64,000 bases of DNA, taken from NCBI RefSeq assembly GCF_009914755.1, contig NC_060926.1; one strand, given 5' to 3'. The DNA comes from the human T2T-CHM13v2.0 reference genome, Homo sapiens. The notes under the pieces are model-generated. The model made no database searches. It worked only from the letters and a program-made list of their open reading frames with translations, and was not told the DNA's origin. This document shows, piece by piece, positions 41,601 through 54,024 of this stretch. Within the stretch, counting starts at the first letter, position 1, and the number at the start of each line of letters is the position of its first letter. Made by a program: the position numbers and the translations under genes.

Positions 41601-43779
41601 TTTCTTATCTACACCCCTTCTTTCACATCCTAAATATTTTCTTTGGATAAATGTGTAGGGCAAGATGAAGAAAAGAAGAGAAAAAAGTAGTCAGAGCTTG
41701 GGAGTACTGAAACGCTTTGGACTCCAGCCAGCTGCCATCACTGAGGTGGTGAAAGAACACCGTAGTATAACTGGATGGCCCTGGTCCCTGCCAGGAGTCA
41801 GGATGGACTTTCATTGTTGAAGAGCCATCTTGGCCTGTTACTAGCGCTGCCCCACACCATTGTGTTTGCCTAAGAGCTGAGCCAAAGAATTTACATATGT
41901 ATGAGCCAAGGTCTGAAAATAGAAGTTAAAAAAATGGTGCTAAATTGACATATTTGCTATTTTATTTTTTTGGTCAGTTAATATGATAAACTTTTATTTA
42001 AATGTAAACATTATTTTAAAAAGCACTTTGTTTTAAATAACTGATTTTCATTGAAATTAATTCTGGCCTCTAAGCAGAGTTAGCTACAAAGACAATTTGT
42101 AAAAATGCAGAAAATTCAGAGTTTAACTTGGAGTTGTTTAAAGTTTATTTTCATATTTGAGTCTGATATTTCAGTTCACTGTAATATTTCAATTTATTTA
42201 AAATATTATCAAGACAAATATTGGGTTACCTTCACAATATTTTTTTCATTTTTCTTACCCCATATATTAAAAATGAACAAAAATGAAAGAATTATATAGT
42301 CTAGTGGATGGCAATTCTCTTGGTACAGTACTCACAGGATGTCAGAAGTGCTTTGATTTGCATGCAAATAGAAACTGCATTCCTAAAAGACCCTTAATTG
42401 AAGATATTAATAATTTTCATTAGGTTTTAAGTCTTTTAACCTTATCATATGGATAGAAAAGTAAAAGATGTGTTTAATAAAATGTCTTTTACTTATTTTT
42501 ATTTGTCATTTATTTAAAGGTTTATTAGTGAATCTGTTTACCTGGAAAATGTGCAATTCTATTTGCAAATTTGGAGCACTACATATATTTAAGAGAATCC
42601 TTAGTTTCTGTTGGGAGTGGCAATATTTTATAACTGGGCCTTCATATTCCTATGTTACAGCCCTGGTCCCTGAAAGTCCTACAGCTATCTTTGTTTCAAG
42701 TGTGTATGTGTTATAATAAGATAAGTGTTAATTAGTTAATCAAGTACTAATTAACCTTTTTAATTTATAGAAAAACAGACATTTATGGACAAGTAAATTT
42801 TTGGGGTCAAAGTCTTTAATAATTTGAAGAATGCAGTTATTTTTAGCACAAATATTCTAATGTGAAAAGAATTTCTTTTTCTGAGTTATATATTTTTATG
42901 CCATTCAGAGTCACTAATATAGTACTAATAATACTTTTTCTATTGTGTACCTTTGTTTCTCTCATTTGTCTTACATTTTATGTCTAATCATCATTTCACA
43001 AAATTTCTATCATTACTGCTTGACCTCGACTTCTAACATGGCAATTAATTTTTATACACAAATTTTTGAAATCTTGACAGAGTTTTTAACTTCCTCATAC
43101 CGAGTTCTTTGCTTTTTTAGTTTACAAGATGTTCAAGAATGCTCTTTTGAAATAATCAATTACCTAATGCAAGATAAATTAGCAACAACATTACATATTT
43201 TTCTTACTATCAACTGAGAATGATCTTGATAGGGGCAAGTATAGGTTAAAAATAAATGACATCAAAAAACAATACCAGAATAAAACATTTAATTCTTCAA
43301 CACTCAAAGGCATGTCAGGTATTGAAATCCAAGTAGGCACTTTTGACTAATTGTTAGTAGTTTGTAGAATTCAAGGATTAGGGTTGGCTTCCTTTTGTCT
43401 TTCTTTCTCTTCTTCCTCCCCTTCTTCATCTCCTTCTTGTTCTTCTTTTTTTTCCCCTCTCCAGATCACTAATCTTCTCCAACAAATTTTTAGCCTATAT
43501 AAAATAAAAAAAGGTACTCCTGCCCTATGACTCAACTTACAAATCTACAAACCTGGAGGAAGAAATAGCTCTGTGATCCATTCCTGGGGAATTGCAATAA
43601 AGTTTTAGGGAAGATGGAACTTAATGTTTGTGAAAGCACGGGTCCTATTTCCGATTTCCAGGAGGGTGGAATGTATCTTCCTGAATCACATTCCGCTGAA
43701 AATAGGAGGCCATGGAAGAAATCAGGTTCAGTATAACAAATTTTCTACAAAAGGGGGTGGAGTAGGAATGTGCGTAGGT

Positions 43780-44100
43780 GACCTGTTCTCTACGTCATTC
43801 CAGTGTAAACTACTGCCCCTTACACTTCACGAAGTCGGTAACTTCAAGACATGTTGCACCACATGCTTCTCTGTGATCCTCAAATATGTTTAATTTAAAG
43901 AGGGTCCAGTAGTGTCCTGGCACATGATCTGGATTGCCATAGATAACCATCTACCTCACAGCTAGGGTTGCTCTTTAGAATCTTGCAAAATCATTTGTTT
44001 ACTCTTGACAAAAGTTAAGAAAACAAGCCCATCAGAGTTGTTTGTTCTGTCAGCATGTTAGAAGATGGTTTTGTTGCAATGATAATCGTTGTGCAAAGAA
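43780..44100. promoter_or_regulatory. CPS1: CPS1 distal liver enhancer (cAMP- and glucocorticoid-response units)
   Basis: CRE-like TACGTCA 43791-43797, FoxA TGTAAAC 43804-43810, C/EBP TCTTGCAAAAT 43981-43991, FoxA TGTTTAC 43996-44002, GRE AGAGTTgttTGTTCT 44034-44048; same order as the characterised rat Cps1 enhancer (recalled), ~7.5 kb upstream of the ATG. Confidence 0.82.
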
Positions 44101-45164
44101 GACTGATGATGATTTTTTTTTACATTTTCTTAACAGTATTTGCTATTTAGAATGAATGTTGTCTAATTATTTAGCCATTTTATTTTGTAAAATTTATGTT
44201 GTAGGCATATTTAGACCAAGTTATAAGAAAATGCTTCAGCCAAAATTAAGTGTTGAGTTTGATTTGTGTAATTGTTAGTTTCTTTACTAGTTGTTCCATC
44301 ATTTACACAATTATTTCTATTTGAAATGCAGTAATTGTTCAGAACTTATATTTCTATACTGATGTCTACTAACAGCTTTAGATCGAATATTAAATAACTC
44401 AAGAATAATGAGATGATCTTGGCTTACTTAGATATTTGGTTTTTATATCTATAGAACAAAGGAATTAGAAAATAATTTTGAAGATTTCATCCAGCTATGT
44501 AAAACTATCTAGGGAATACATTTACTAGGTTTTCAATTTTCTACAAAACATCTTTCAGCAGAAAGCAGTCCTGTTTCCTGATATACAATGTCTGATAAAT
44601 AGAAACTACTCAGTACATAATTCCTGAATTGATTATTCTTTTGGAAATCCTAGATTTGATTTCTGAACAATCATAAACATTTAATGGCATGAAATTACCC
44701 AGATTCCATGGTTCTGGAATACATAACTTCAAGCAATAAGATGCAAGATAGAAACATATAAGACATTCTTTGCTATTTTAGGTAAGTCCAGCTGAATCAG
44801 TTAATCAGCTAGAAACGTGGCTCACAGATGAATTAGTTTTATTATTAGGTGGATTACTGAAAAATTAATAGCTTTATTTCCGTATTACCTTATCATTTAT
44901 TTAATATAAAACATAATAAACCAGAGAAGTTGTGGTTACTTTCTTCTGTCTCATTGTTCAGTTTTTACTGAAGTTATGTTTTACTGATTTTCACGAAATG
45001 CAAATATTTCTGAGCATCAGAAATCCAGCTTTTGCTACCTCCCACTCATGTATTCTTCCCATCAAATTGAATCTTAACCAGGTCACTCTTTCCTGTTCAT
45101 TCCATGCTGTTGCCCCTGTTTTCTCCAGATATAATTGACATGCTCCAAGAGGATGAACATTGCC

Positions 45165-45350
45165 TAAGACTTGATTTCTGGTCTTGGCTTTGCAACTTAC
45201 TAGCTGTGTGACCTTGAACAAGCTACTTAATTCTCTGAGACTCATCATTATTGTTTATAAAATAGGGATAGCATTAGCTTATTTCAAGAATTGTTTTTAA
45301 AATTAGCAAGGAAGGCATACCAATGCCTAGCTCAGGGGATCAACAAGTGG
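45165..45350 (+). mobile_element. MIR SINE
   Basis: ACTTACTAGCTGTGTGACCTTGAACAAGCTACTTAATTCTCTGAGACTCA. Confidence 0.75.
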
Positions 45351-48300
45351 CAAGTACCTCAACTTTCAGGCAAGATCATACTTATCATCAGTGGAGCCAA
45401 TAGAACAGATTTATTTAAATACCCTATTTTCACTTACTGGCATAACAGCAAGTGGTGTACATATTTATATATCTCTCTATATAGATGCAGATAATATACT
45501 AATATATTGTGGTTATATCTTCCAATGTTTTAGTTTCTATTGAGGGGTCTTTCTTATTTATTACACAAGAATAATAATTATTATTTTTTTACTTTCAGGA
45601 AGATTGAAGGACTTTGCTTAGGACTCCTATGTGACATGATTTTAAATTTAATAGTTAGCTCATGGTCAAACTCCATTTTTAGAATTTTAATTTATTCAAT
45701 ATTTAGCTTTTTATGTGAACATTGAGTTTCTTTTCTTAAATTCCACTCTAAGTTCTGCTTTCTATATTGGGATTTTTAAATTACAGCTTAACATGATTAA
45801 CTTTGGGCCTCTTGCTATGTTTTATAATTGCTATATATGCTTTTTGGCTCATTTCCATATAAATCAATCCTCTACAACTTTTATTTATTTACAGCTTGTT
45901 TTTCTTTCTCTTTTTGGACTAACTTACACGTGACCTCCCTTTGGGTGCACTTTGTGTTTGGCTATGTCTTCAATTTTCCAAAGTCACTGAATTCTGAATC
46001 AACTTTCTAAGGCATTTCCCACTGTTCTTCTCATTTCACAAATACACAAGAAACTTCGTGAATTCACTGGATAATCCACTCTGTCCTTTTACATTGGCAA
46101 TAACTCATTTATATACATTCTTTAGCAAATGTGTATGCACATAACATTGGCCTAGAATATATACTCCATGCTGTTGAATTAACATCTAACATGTCTACTT
46201 GGTCTGGGAGTAGTGTCTTTTTTAAGCAGAAATTAGCATGACAAGATTTACTGTTTATAAATACATGCTCCTTGTACTGACTAACTTGTTCTCCTTAAGG
46301 TGTTTGCAAATGGGGTCTTATGAATGATAGCTTTTTTTTTGTTATTCTAGAATAAATCACATGTGCCCTGAGCTTTAATATGTGAAACCAATTTTACAAG
46401 GTCTCTTTTCCAGCTTCATTTTTCACCTTCTTTTGTATCACTCCAAACTTTATGTTATCAAATGTTAGATTGATAAGCATATTCATCATAATTTGATCCT
46501 CACTTTCTATTCCTCAAAATGCCAATTGGATCTTAATGAATAGGTTTTACTTGATTGGATTTCCAAGGATATCTGGTTAGTTTGAACCCTCATCATCTAA
46601 CAACATGATATCTGTCTGTCATTTTCAATCCTTGACATATTGGGAAGGTTTTCAAACAACTTTAAGTCTTCTTCCTGGCCAAACTTTGAGGAATCCTCCT
46701 ACCAGCTTGTCCTAGTTTCTGTGATAGGAGAAAATGTGTGCCTTTTACATGGGTACAATCCACACCACTTTCCCTCAGAGATGCCTTCTTCATCCATATC
46801 TTTAATTGTGACCGTGTTCCTTGTTATGATACTAAGGCTAATAAAAATCATAGAACTGAACCCAATTACTTCTACCTTTTATATTCTATTTTCACACATT
46901 TCTGGTCAAACACAAAACAGTAGAACTTTCTTCAGGGAGTTATTGCACCTCCTTTTACTCTGAATTTGTTTGCTCTCCAGTCATACCTTACTCCTTGCTT
47001 TAATGTATCTCTTCAAAAATAGACTTTATAGAATTATTGATTGCCAGGTTTTTTTTTTCATGACTCCTAAGCATCCTTATTTCCTCTCATGCTTAACTGA
47101 TGTAATTTTATTTGTTCCTGCTTAAATAATCATCACTGATCAGGCAGGAATTAAGCACACAGCAATCCATTCATTCAGTCATTTTTCCAGAAGCATCTCT
47201 TGCATGCTTGCTATGTTAGAGACTTTTTGATAGATGCACCAACTTCTTAGAGTTGTTTCTGATTCATTACTTAGGAACATTTCAAGAGGGCAGTTGGAAG
47301 TCTCTGTACCTTCAAAGGAATTACTAACACCCTTATTTTCTCTTCATTCCAAAACCTAAGACCTTTATTCTCTAAGACATCCTGTTCTCATTTTTTTTTT
47401 CAATCTGTAGCAGGTCTTCCCTTGCTTATGTCAGTGGACTGTTTAAATGAAGAGTGGACTGTTTGAGAAGTGGACTGTTTAAATCAGTATAGACACAGGC
47501 TGTCAGTGTTTCTTTATGTTTCCTTTAAAGACATTTTCGTAATGATTAATATAAATGAGTTAATGGAAACAAAAATGTAAACAGTAGTTGATAAAAGAAT
47601 AGTATCAATTAAAAACATACTGTGAAGTATTCAACTTCACCAGTGATTTAAAATAGAAATGAAAGCAAAATAATATTTTCTACAGCGGAGCAAATAAAAT
47701 GAAAGATAATACATAATGTTGGTGAGGACATTTTTAAAGGGACACCCATATATTGCACTGGTATGTAGGTGAGTACACTCTCTTTGGAGAGAAATTTGTA
47801 AATAGTAATCAAATATGGCAATATTGACATGCATTGTAGCAGCAATGAAAATGGAATATTTTGTAATCATTTAAAGTAATGTTTTAAAAGAACTTTGTAA
47901 TAACATCAAAATACATTTAACATAATATTGCCTCCAAAAAGCATTATGCAAGTGAATGGCAATTTTCAAAACTATGTTCTGAGCATTGACATAAATGCTA
48001 GAAGATAATACTTTAGTGTTAACAGAGATTATGTTTGTGTGGTGGGTTATTATCTATTATTCTGTATTTCCACATTTCTTTAAATATCAAATGAAAGTGA
48101 ATACAACCTAGTACTTGACATTTTAACATTTTCAATACCAGATATGTCAATAAGGAATTCATAAAATAAAGTGCCCTGAGGGATTTCACAGGCTAAATGC
48201 TTCTATTTTTTAAAATGTATTAATAGAAAAGAAGACTAAATCTAAAAAAAAAAATTCATTTTATCAGAGAGTGACTCATAAGTTTAGAAAACCTTTGATG

Positions 48301-48819
48301 ACCTGGCTCACAAAAATATACTTCCAAGTACACAGGGTCCCCAGCCTGATGTGTGTGCCTGCATTCATGCCTGTCACTCTGCTCAGCTGCGTGCAGACAG
48401 CTTATATGAAGGAGGACTGTGTACATGTGGTCAGAGAAGAAAAAAATGCTTATTTTTTAAAATGTTTTGAAAAATAATCTGTCCTAAAAGTGTAACATTT
48501 CCACTAAATTTTTTCATGTCTGACTTTAACATTCCCTACCAACCAACTCTTATAGCCTCAACTCCTTTGATCTATCCTAATGTAAACTCCCTCACTAATG
48601 TGTAATATATTTTTTTCCAGTTTGGTTATAGATTTCAGTCTAGCCTGAACACTCAAGTATGAAACTAGCCACTATTTTATTTATTGGCTGTTCCAACCTC
48701 CATTGTGGAATTATAATTGATGGATTTTCCAAGTCTCTAATTCAGAATATTTAATCAAATTTTCCAAAATTTCTGCCTTCTCCTCCTTCATTCTGATGAC
48801 TAAAGACATGGACCATAAA

Positions 48820-49051
48820 ATATATATACATATATACATACATATGTATATGTATGTATATACACATATATATATGTATGTATATATACATACATATATA
48901 TGTATATATACACACACATATATATATGTATGTATATATATACACACACATATATATATGTATGTATATATATACACACACATATATATATATGTATGTA
49001 TATATATACACACACATATATATATGTATGTATATATATACACACACACAC
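48820..49051. repeat. Compound (TA)/(TATG)/(CA) microsatellite with ~32-bp higher-order unit
   Basis: Recurrent TATATATGTATGTATATATATACACACACATA. Confidence 0.95.
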
Positions 49052-49414
49052 CGTAGTTTGCAAGTCTGCATCTGGGACCCTTTACTGATAAAAATGAAAG
49101 CCCATTAAAACTCTCATGCCCACATTTCTCTCTAGACTTTAGAGTAGGAGAATTCTATCCTAGAATTGTTGATTGTTGACATTTCTATGGAAAAACATGT
49201 TTAATTCATCATGCTTTGTAGTCAACTGCTATAAATGGTGATGAAGTCTTTTCCTTGGTCAAGCTCTGGACTCCTCAGTACTTCCACTGTCATATTTGAT
49301 TAAAACATAAGTGATGAAGGGAGGAAATATATTATAGTATTCATTGCATGGGTACCTTAGGGTAATGGGACTATGACTGATTTAAATTTATTTTGCATCC
49401 TAAAAAGTTTCCAT

Positions 49415-49530
49415 TAGTGGGTGCAGCACACCAGCATGGCACATGTATACATATGTAACTAACCTGCACAATGTGCACATGTACCCTAAAACTTAAAGTA
49501 TAATAATAAAAGAAAAAAAAACTTAAAAAG
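49415..49530 (+). mobile_element. Very short young L1 3' end (L1PA2-like)
   Basis: TAGTGGGTGCAGCACACCAGCATGG..AACTAACCTGCACAATGTG..ACTTAAAGTATAAT plus A tail; perfect TSD AAAAGTTTCCAT 49403-49414 / 49531-49542. Confidence 0.9.
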
Positions 49531-49593
49531 AAAAGTTTCCATAATGAGGATTGAGTTTATATCGTTTTCTTAATTAAGGAAAGACAACCCTCA

Positions 49594-49595
<2 letters not shown>

Positions 49596-49632
<37 letters not shown>
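49596..49632. repeat. (AC)18 microsatellite
   Basis: Uninterrupted AC run ~1.75 kb upstream of the CPS1 TSS. Confidence 0.97.
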
Positions 49633-49634
<2 letters not shown>

Positions 49635-51239
49635 AAAAGACAAGAGGTGAGATCAAGGCGTAAACTAGTATTGGACTAAGCCAGTAAGTACTGCTTCTCA
49701 GTCCTCAGTTCTCTAGGTTGGGAGTTTTCCTTTTGCTATTTTCATTCTCCTCCAATTCATTTTTCAATGATCTTCAACACAAATTTCGCCTTTATTTCTT
49801 GTTCAAAATACTTCCATGACTATTATGAATACTATTTATGGATGAAGGCTGAACATTTTAAGGCATACTAAGTCTCCCATGATATGGTACCTTTTCATTT
49901 TCCCATTCTATACCCTGCATCTAGGCTTTTAAAAAATATACCACATGACTTCATGCCTCTAGACTATTGCTCATGCCACGGCATCCCTTCTGGGTTTTTT
50001 CCCCTCTTTATCTACTTGGTGAATTTGCATCCTTCAGTATAACACAGCTCAACATAATTCTATGCTTAAACTTTACTGAAAATGCACAAGGAACTTGATC
50101 TTTCTTTCTTATTTTCCCCATTTTATTTATTTTCCCATTGCATTTGGGCAACTTTCATGGCACCAGTTATTTTATTAATTATTTGTATAAACTAGTATGA
50201 GCCTATTTTGTTTAGCTTTCTATCACCAGGAGCCATGAAGCACTTTGCAATCAAATACTGTTTGTACTTGAATATATTAAGTAAGCGTGAGGACTTAAAT
50301 TAAACTTTGTTCCTCTTTAAAAAAATCCTTACCCCAACTCTAGCACTGATTCTATGTTATTGAAGCTTACAATCTTTATGTCATTTTCTGTCATCTTTTC
50401 TGTTATGAGAAGACCTAGGTATGAGTCTATTGCCTTTATTCCTTGGCCTTCTTTGCAAGGGTATCAAAGAACACTGCTGCAGTACTTCCTGTTCTACATA
50501 GTCATGTGACTTAAGCAAGAGCATCTGCCAGCCAGTGAGGCCCCTTGAGAGCCTGGTTAAACATGGGACTGAAGGGTTAAGTGAATCACTTTTTATTCAT
50601 GTTGAAATATGAATGCTGAAGTTTGGAAAATTTTATATATAACATTTTAATAACTAAAAAAACTTGACTTAGGAATAGTGCTTATATTAAAATCAGTGTT
50701 TGTCATTGTTTCATGAAGTTTTTACAAATCTAAGAGGCTTAAGAGGGATATAATAGTCCACTTTGCTTTAGTTGTGTTTTACTTGATATTACTGATTGCT
50801 TTAACTTTGAAACACAGAACAATGCTATAGTAAGAATGTAGTATACTACTCTATTAACCCAAAACATAATATAGATAGGTTTATTGTATATTTGTGGAGA
50901 AAAGTTTATTCTAACGTTCTTTTTACAAATAGTAAAAATGCTATTTGTAGGATGCTCTGATTTTTACTTTTTGTAAAAAGAACATTGTCTTTTTACCCCA
51001 ACAGAAAATGGCAAGCGTTCAGCTTTCTTTGGGAATCCAAAATCTCTTATGAGGCATATTAGGTATCACATGTGACATAAGCAAAAGCCTGTGATCCTTA
51101 GCATGTTGGAAAGTTGCTACTCTTTAGGATAAGGTTGTCCATGATGTCTAGGTCATTCCATTCAGCTGCATAAACAATTCCTTTGATGGATGGCTGGTTT
51201 TCTACAACCCCAGCATTATTTTAGCAGGAGAAGGTAGTA

Positions 51240-51364
51240 TTTGATGTGTTGCAATTTGTGTTACATGCCCATGGAACATCTCTGGACATTACCTCAGGAG
51301 GAGGGGTTAAGAGAAGGAGGAGCTGTGGCTGAAGACATTTAATGGCAGAATGAATGGAAATTCA

Positions 51365-51370
<6 letters not shown>
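51240..51370 (+). promoter_or_regulatory. CPS1: CPS1 proximal promoter
   Basis: C/EBP site GTTGCAAT 51248-51255, GAG element GAGGAGGGG 51298-51306, TATA-like ATTTAA 51337-51342 about 25 nt before the recalled mRNA 5' end (AAGATCGCTGTGCAGTCAG, ~51365); no CpG island. Confidence 0.8.
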
Positions 51371-51675
<305 letters not shown>

Positions 51676-52704
51676 TAGCAGTGAAGCAAAGGTGTCCCTT
51701 ACAAGGCAAATACAGTTTTGAATGTAGCTCTGAAGTACTAATGTATTAATGTTTCCTTTACTGTGGAACCTACTGACTTAGCAAATGCTAATTTTTATCT
51801 TATCTGAGTAACATGACAGTAATTTTTACCCAACATAAAGAATGATGACAATTCTTGTGAACATGTAAAATGTAAGTACACTGCTTGAAAAAGAAACATC
51901 TTTTCTTTCATAGATAGCTTTCTGTGACTAGATACTATTGCTTACAGTTTGGATTTAAAAAATGGAGCTGCTTATATGTGTGTGAGCCACATTATGGTAC
52001 ACAGTGTGTTAAGGTCTGTTCTATAAATAGGGCTTACTGAAAAGTTCTCTTTTGAAATATCATTTAAACATTTTAAAAACATAATTAGAAAATATGTGTT
52101 TTTGAGATTTGCAGGTCATCATGTAGACACTGCTTTAGCTTTTTCCTTTTCCTTCTGGCTGTTTTTTTGGGCAGGCTAAACTTATTATTTTCATTTTGTA
52201 GAGTAATACATAGAGGCAGATAGCAGCTGATAATTCTGTCCCTCCACAGGTATCTATAATTGAGAGGGCAAGCCCAGGAAAGAAACATTAATTGCCCTTC
52301 TTCCTGCCCCCCAGCATTGAATTATGAAATTCCTGTAGGAACCTCTGCTCCTTCCTGCAACTTTATGAAGACGTTCATTATCAGAGAAGCCTGAAGTTAC
52401 TCCATAGGAACTTTGCCAATGAAAATAATCTTTAGTGACTATAAGTTTAAGTAATTATATTAGCTTTAGATATATTGCTTCTTTAGCAGCAAAAGCTGTA
52501 AAATTTGAAATAGAAAAAACAAAAGAAAACCTCTGTCTGTTGATGTGAAAATGGGAACTCACAGTTTGGAGTGTTCTGCTTATACTTTGCATGCTCATTG
52601 AGTTGACTAAGCTTCTATTGTTTCAGTTGCTCAAGTCAGGATTCAGTGGGGTTTTGGTCCTGACACCTGCAAGGCCAAGGAATATTCATAGATTCCTGTG
52701 GCTG

Positions 52705-52825
52705 CCAGGGATAGGGATGGGAAAGGAATGGGAGTAAAAGAAAAGGAAGAGAGATGGAGACAGGGGGAGGGGAAGGGGAGAAGTGTGAGGGATGGGAGGG
52801 AGAGAGAGAGAGAAAGAGAGAGAAA
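52705..52825. repeat. Purine-rich low-complexity tract in CPS1 intron 1
   Basis: GGGATAGGGATGGG..GGGGGAGGGGAAGGGGAG..GGGAGGGAGAGAGAGAGAGAAAGAGAGAG. Confidence 0.8.
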
Positions 52826-52993
52826 CTAGCTCAAGATCCCAGGAGAAAAGAGGAAATACATATAGTAGCCTTAGTGGTGTGTTAACAACTTCAGCCTTTA
52901 ACATTGAGAAGATTCTAACAAGAGTATAGGAAATTACCATTTTAAATTAAGAAAACCAGAAAGGAAAATGTCTTTTATGTTGTTACATATTCC

Positions 52994-54024
52994 AATGTAT
53001 CCAATTTTACTCTTTTTAAATGGACATCATGTTTTAAAGATAGTTAAAATCATTAGGATGTAGTTACATAATGGCCATAAAGGGCACTGGGAGCAGTCAC
53101 TAAAGGTTAGTGGCATTATGTCTAGTTATATATATTTTCTTGAATTTAGCTTAATTATAGCAAAAGAATGGGAAAGGAGAATATTCTAAACTAACATCAA
53201 AGACATTGTAACTAGATGTAAACTATGAGAATTTATTGTTAGTAATACCTCAAGGTACTCATGTATCAGTTCAGAGAAAATCAATAGTAATGAAAGTTAT
53301 CCCCTATGATTATATGTGCCATCTAATACTTCAAAGTTGGGTGACTTGGAATATCTTCTTCTCACTCTGTGAGAAGGTAGGTATGTAGGTAAGGATAGGT
53401 GCATCTTCATCAGACCCCAGAAACCGCGAAATTGAGTACTTACTTAAAATGGCACAGATATGATTGAAATTAGAATCCAATTCTCCAAGATCACAATAAG
53501 TGCTCCATACAACCACCACCACAATCACAACCACGACAAAATGGTCTAATTATGTGGATGGATTACTGTGAAAGCAGTTCTAGCTCATGGTGACAGATCT
53601 GTTTCAAGGGTCTGTCACAGTGCACAGCTAAGAATGACAAATTTGTAGGAGCACTAAGCCATCATTTCATGGTGTAAAAGCCATTACTCACACTCAATCA
53701 TTACTGGCCAGAGTTTTGGAGGAATGCCAAGCACAAAAAATAGAAGTTCTTGAACTTCACAATAGTGAATTAAAATTCCATAGAACAGCCCAAGGGGACT
53801 TGTGTTATTATTCAGTTATTATGAAATAGTCCTCTATCTACTTTTCTTCCTGCCTTCACTTTAAAAACTCAACTGTCTTAGAAAAATATATCCAAATTTA
53901 CTATTTTTAGATGGACATCATATTTTAAAGATAGTTAAAATCATTAGGATGTAGTTACATAATGGTCAGTGAAGGGCACTGAGAACAGTCACTTTAAAGG
54001 TTAGTAGCATTATGTCCAGTTATA
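52994..54024. repeat. Dispersed direct duplication, ~140 bp x2 (52994-53130 and 53885-54024)
   Basis: Manual alignment: 11 substitutions and 3 gap bases; 43-bp identical core TTTTAAAGATAGTTAAAATCATTAGGATGTAGTTACATAATGG; offset 891 bp. Confidence 0.93.

Noticed and set aside
39500-43000. Long AT-rich stretch resembling a retrocopied 3'UTR
   Set aside because: No poly(A)/TSD boundary or coding remnant identifiable by eye; needs BLAST
47433-47484. Repeat-spacer pattern as a CRISPR-like array
   Set aside because: Human DNA, 12-bp repeats with 4-8 bp spacers, no cas genes; simple slippage
48711-49108. Six overlapping Y/I/T/H-rich ORFs
   Set aside because: Artefacts of the TA/CA compound repeat
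52994-54024. Direct repeats as paired LTRs of a small retroelement
   Set aside because: No TG...CA termini, primer-binding site, polypurine tract or TSD visible
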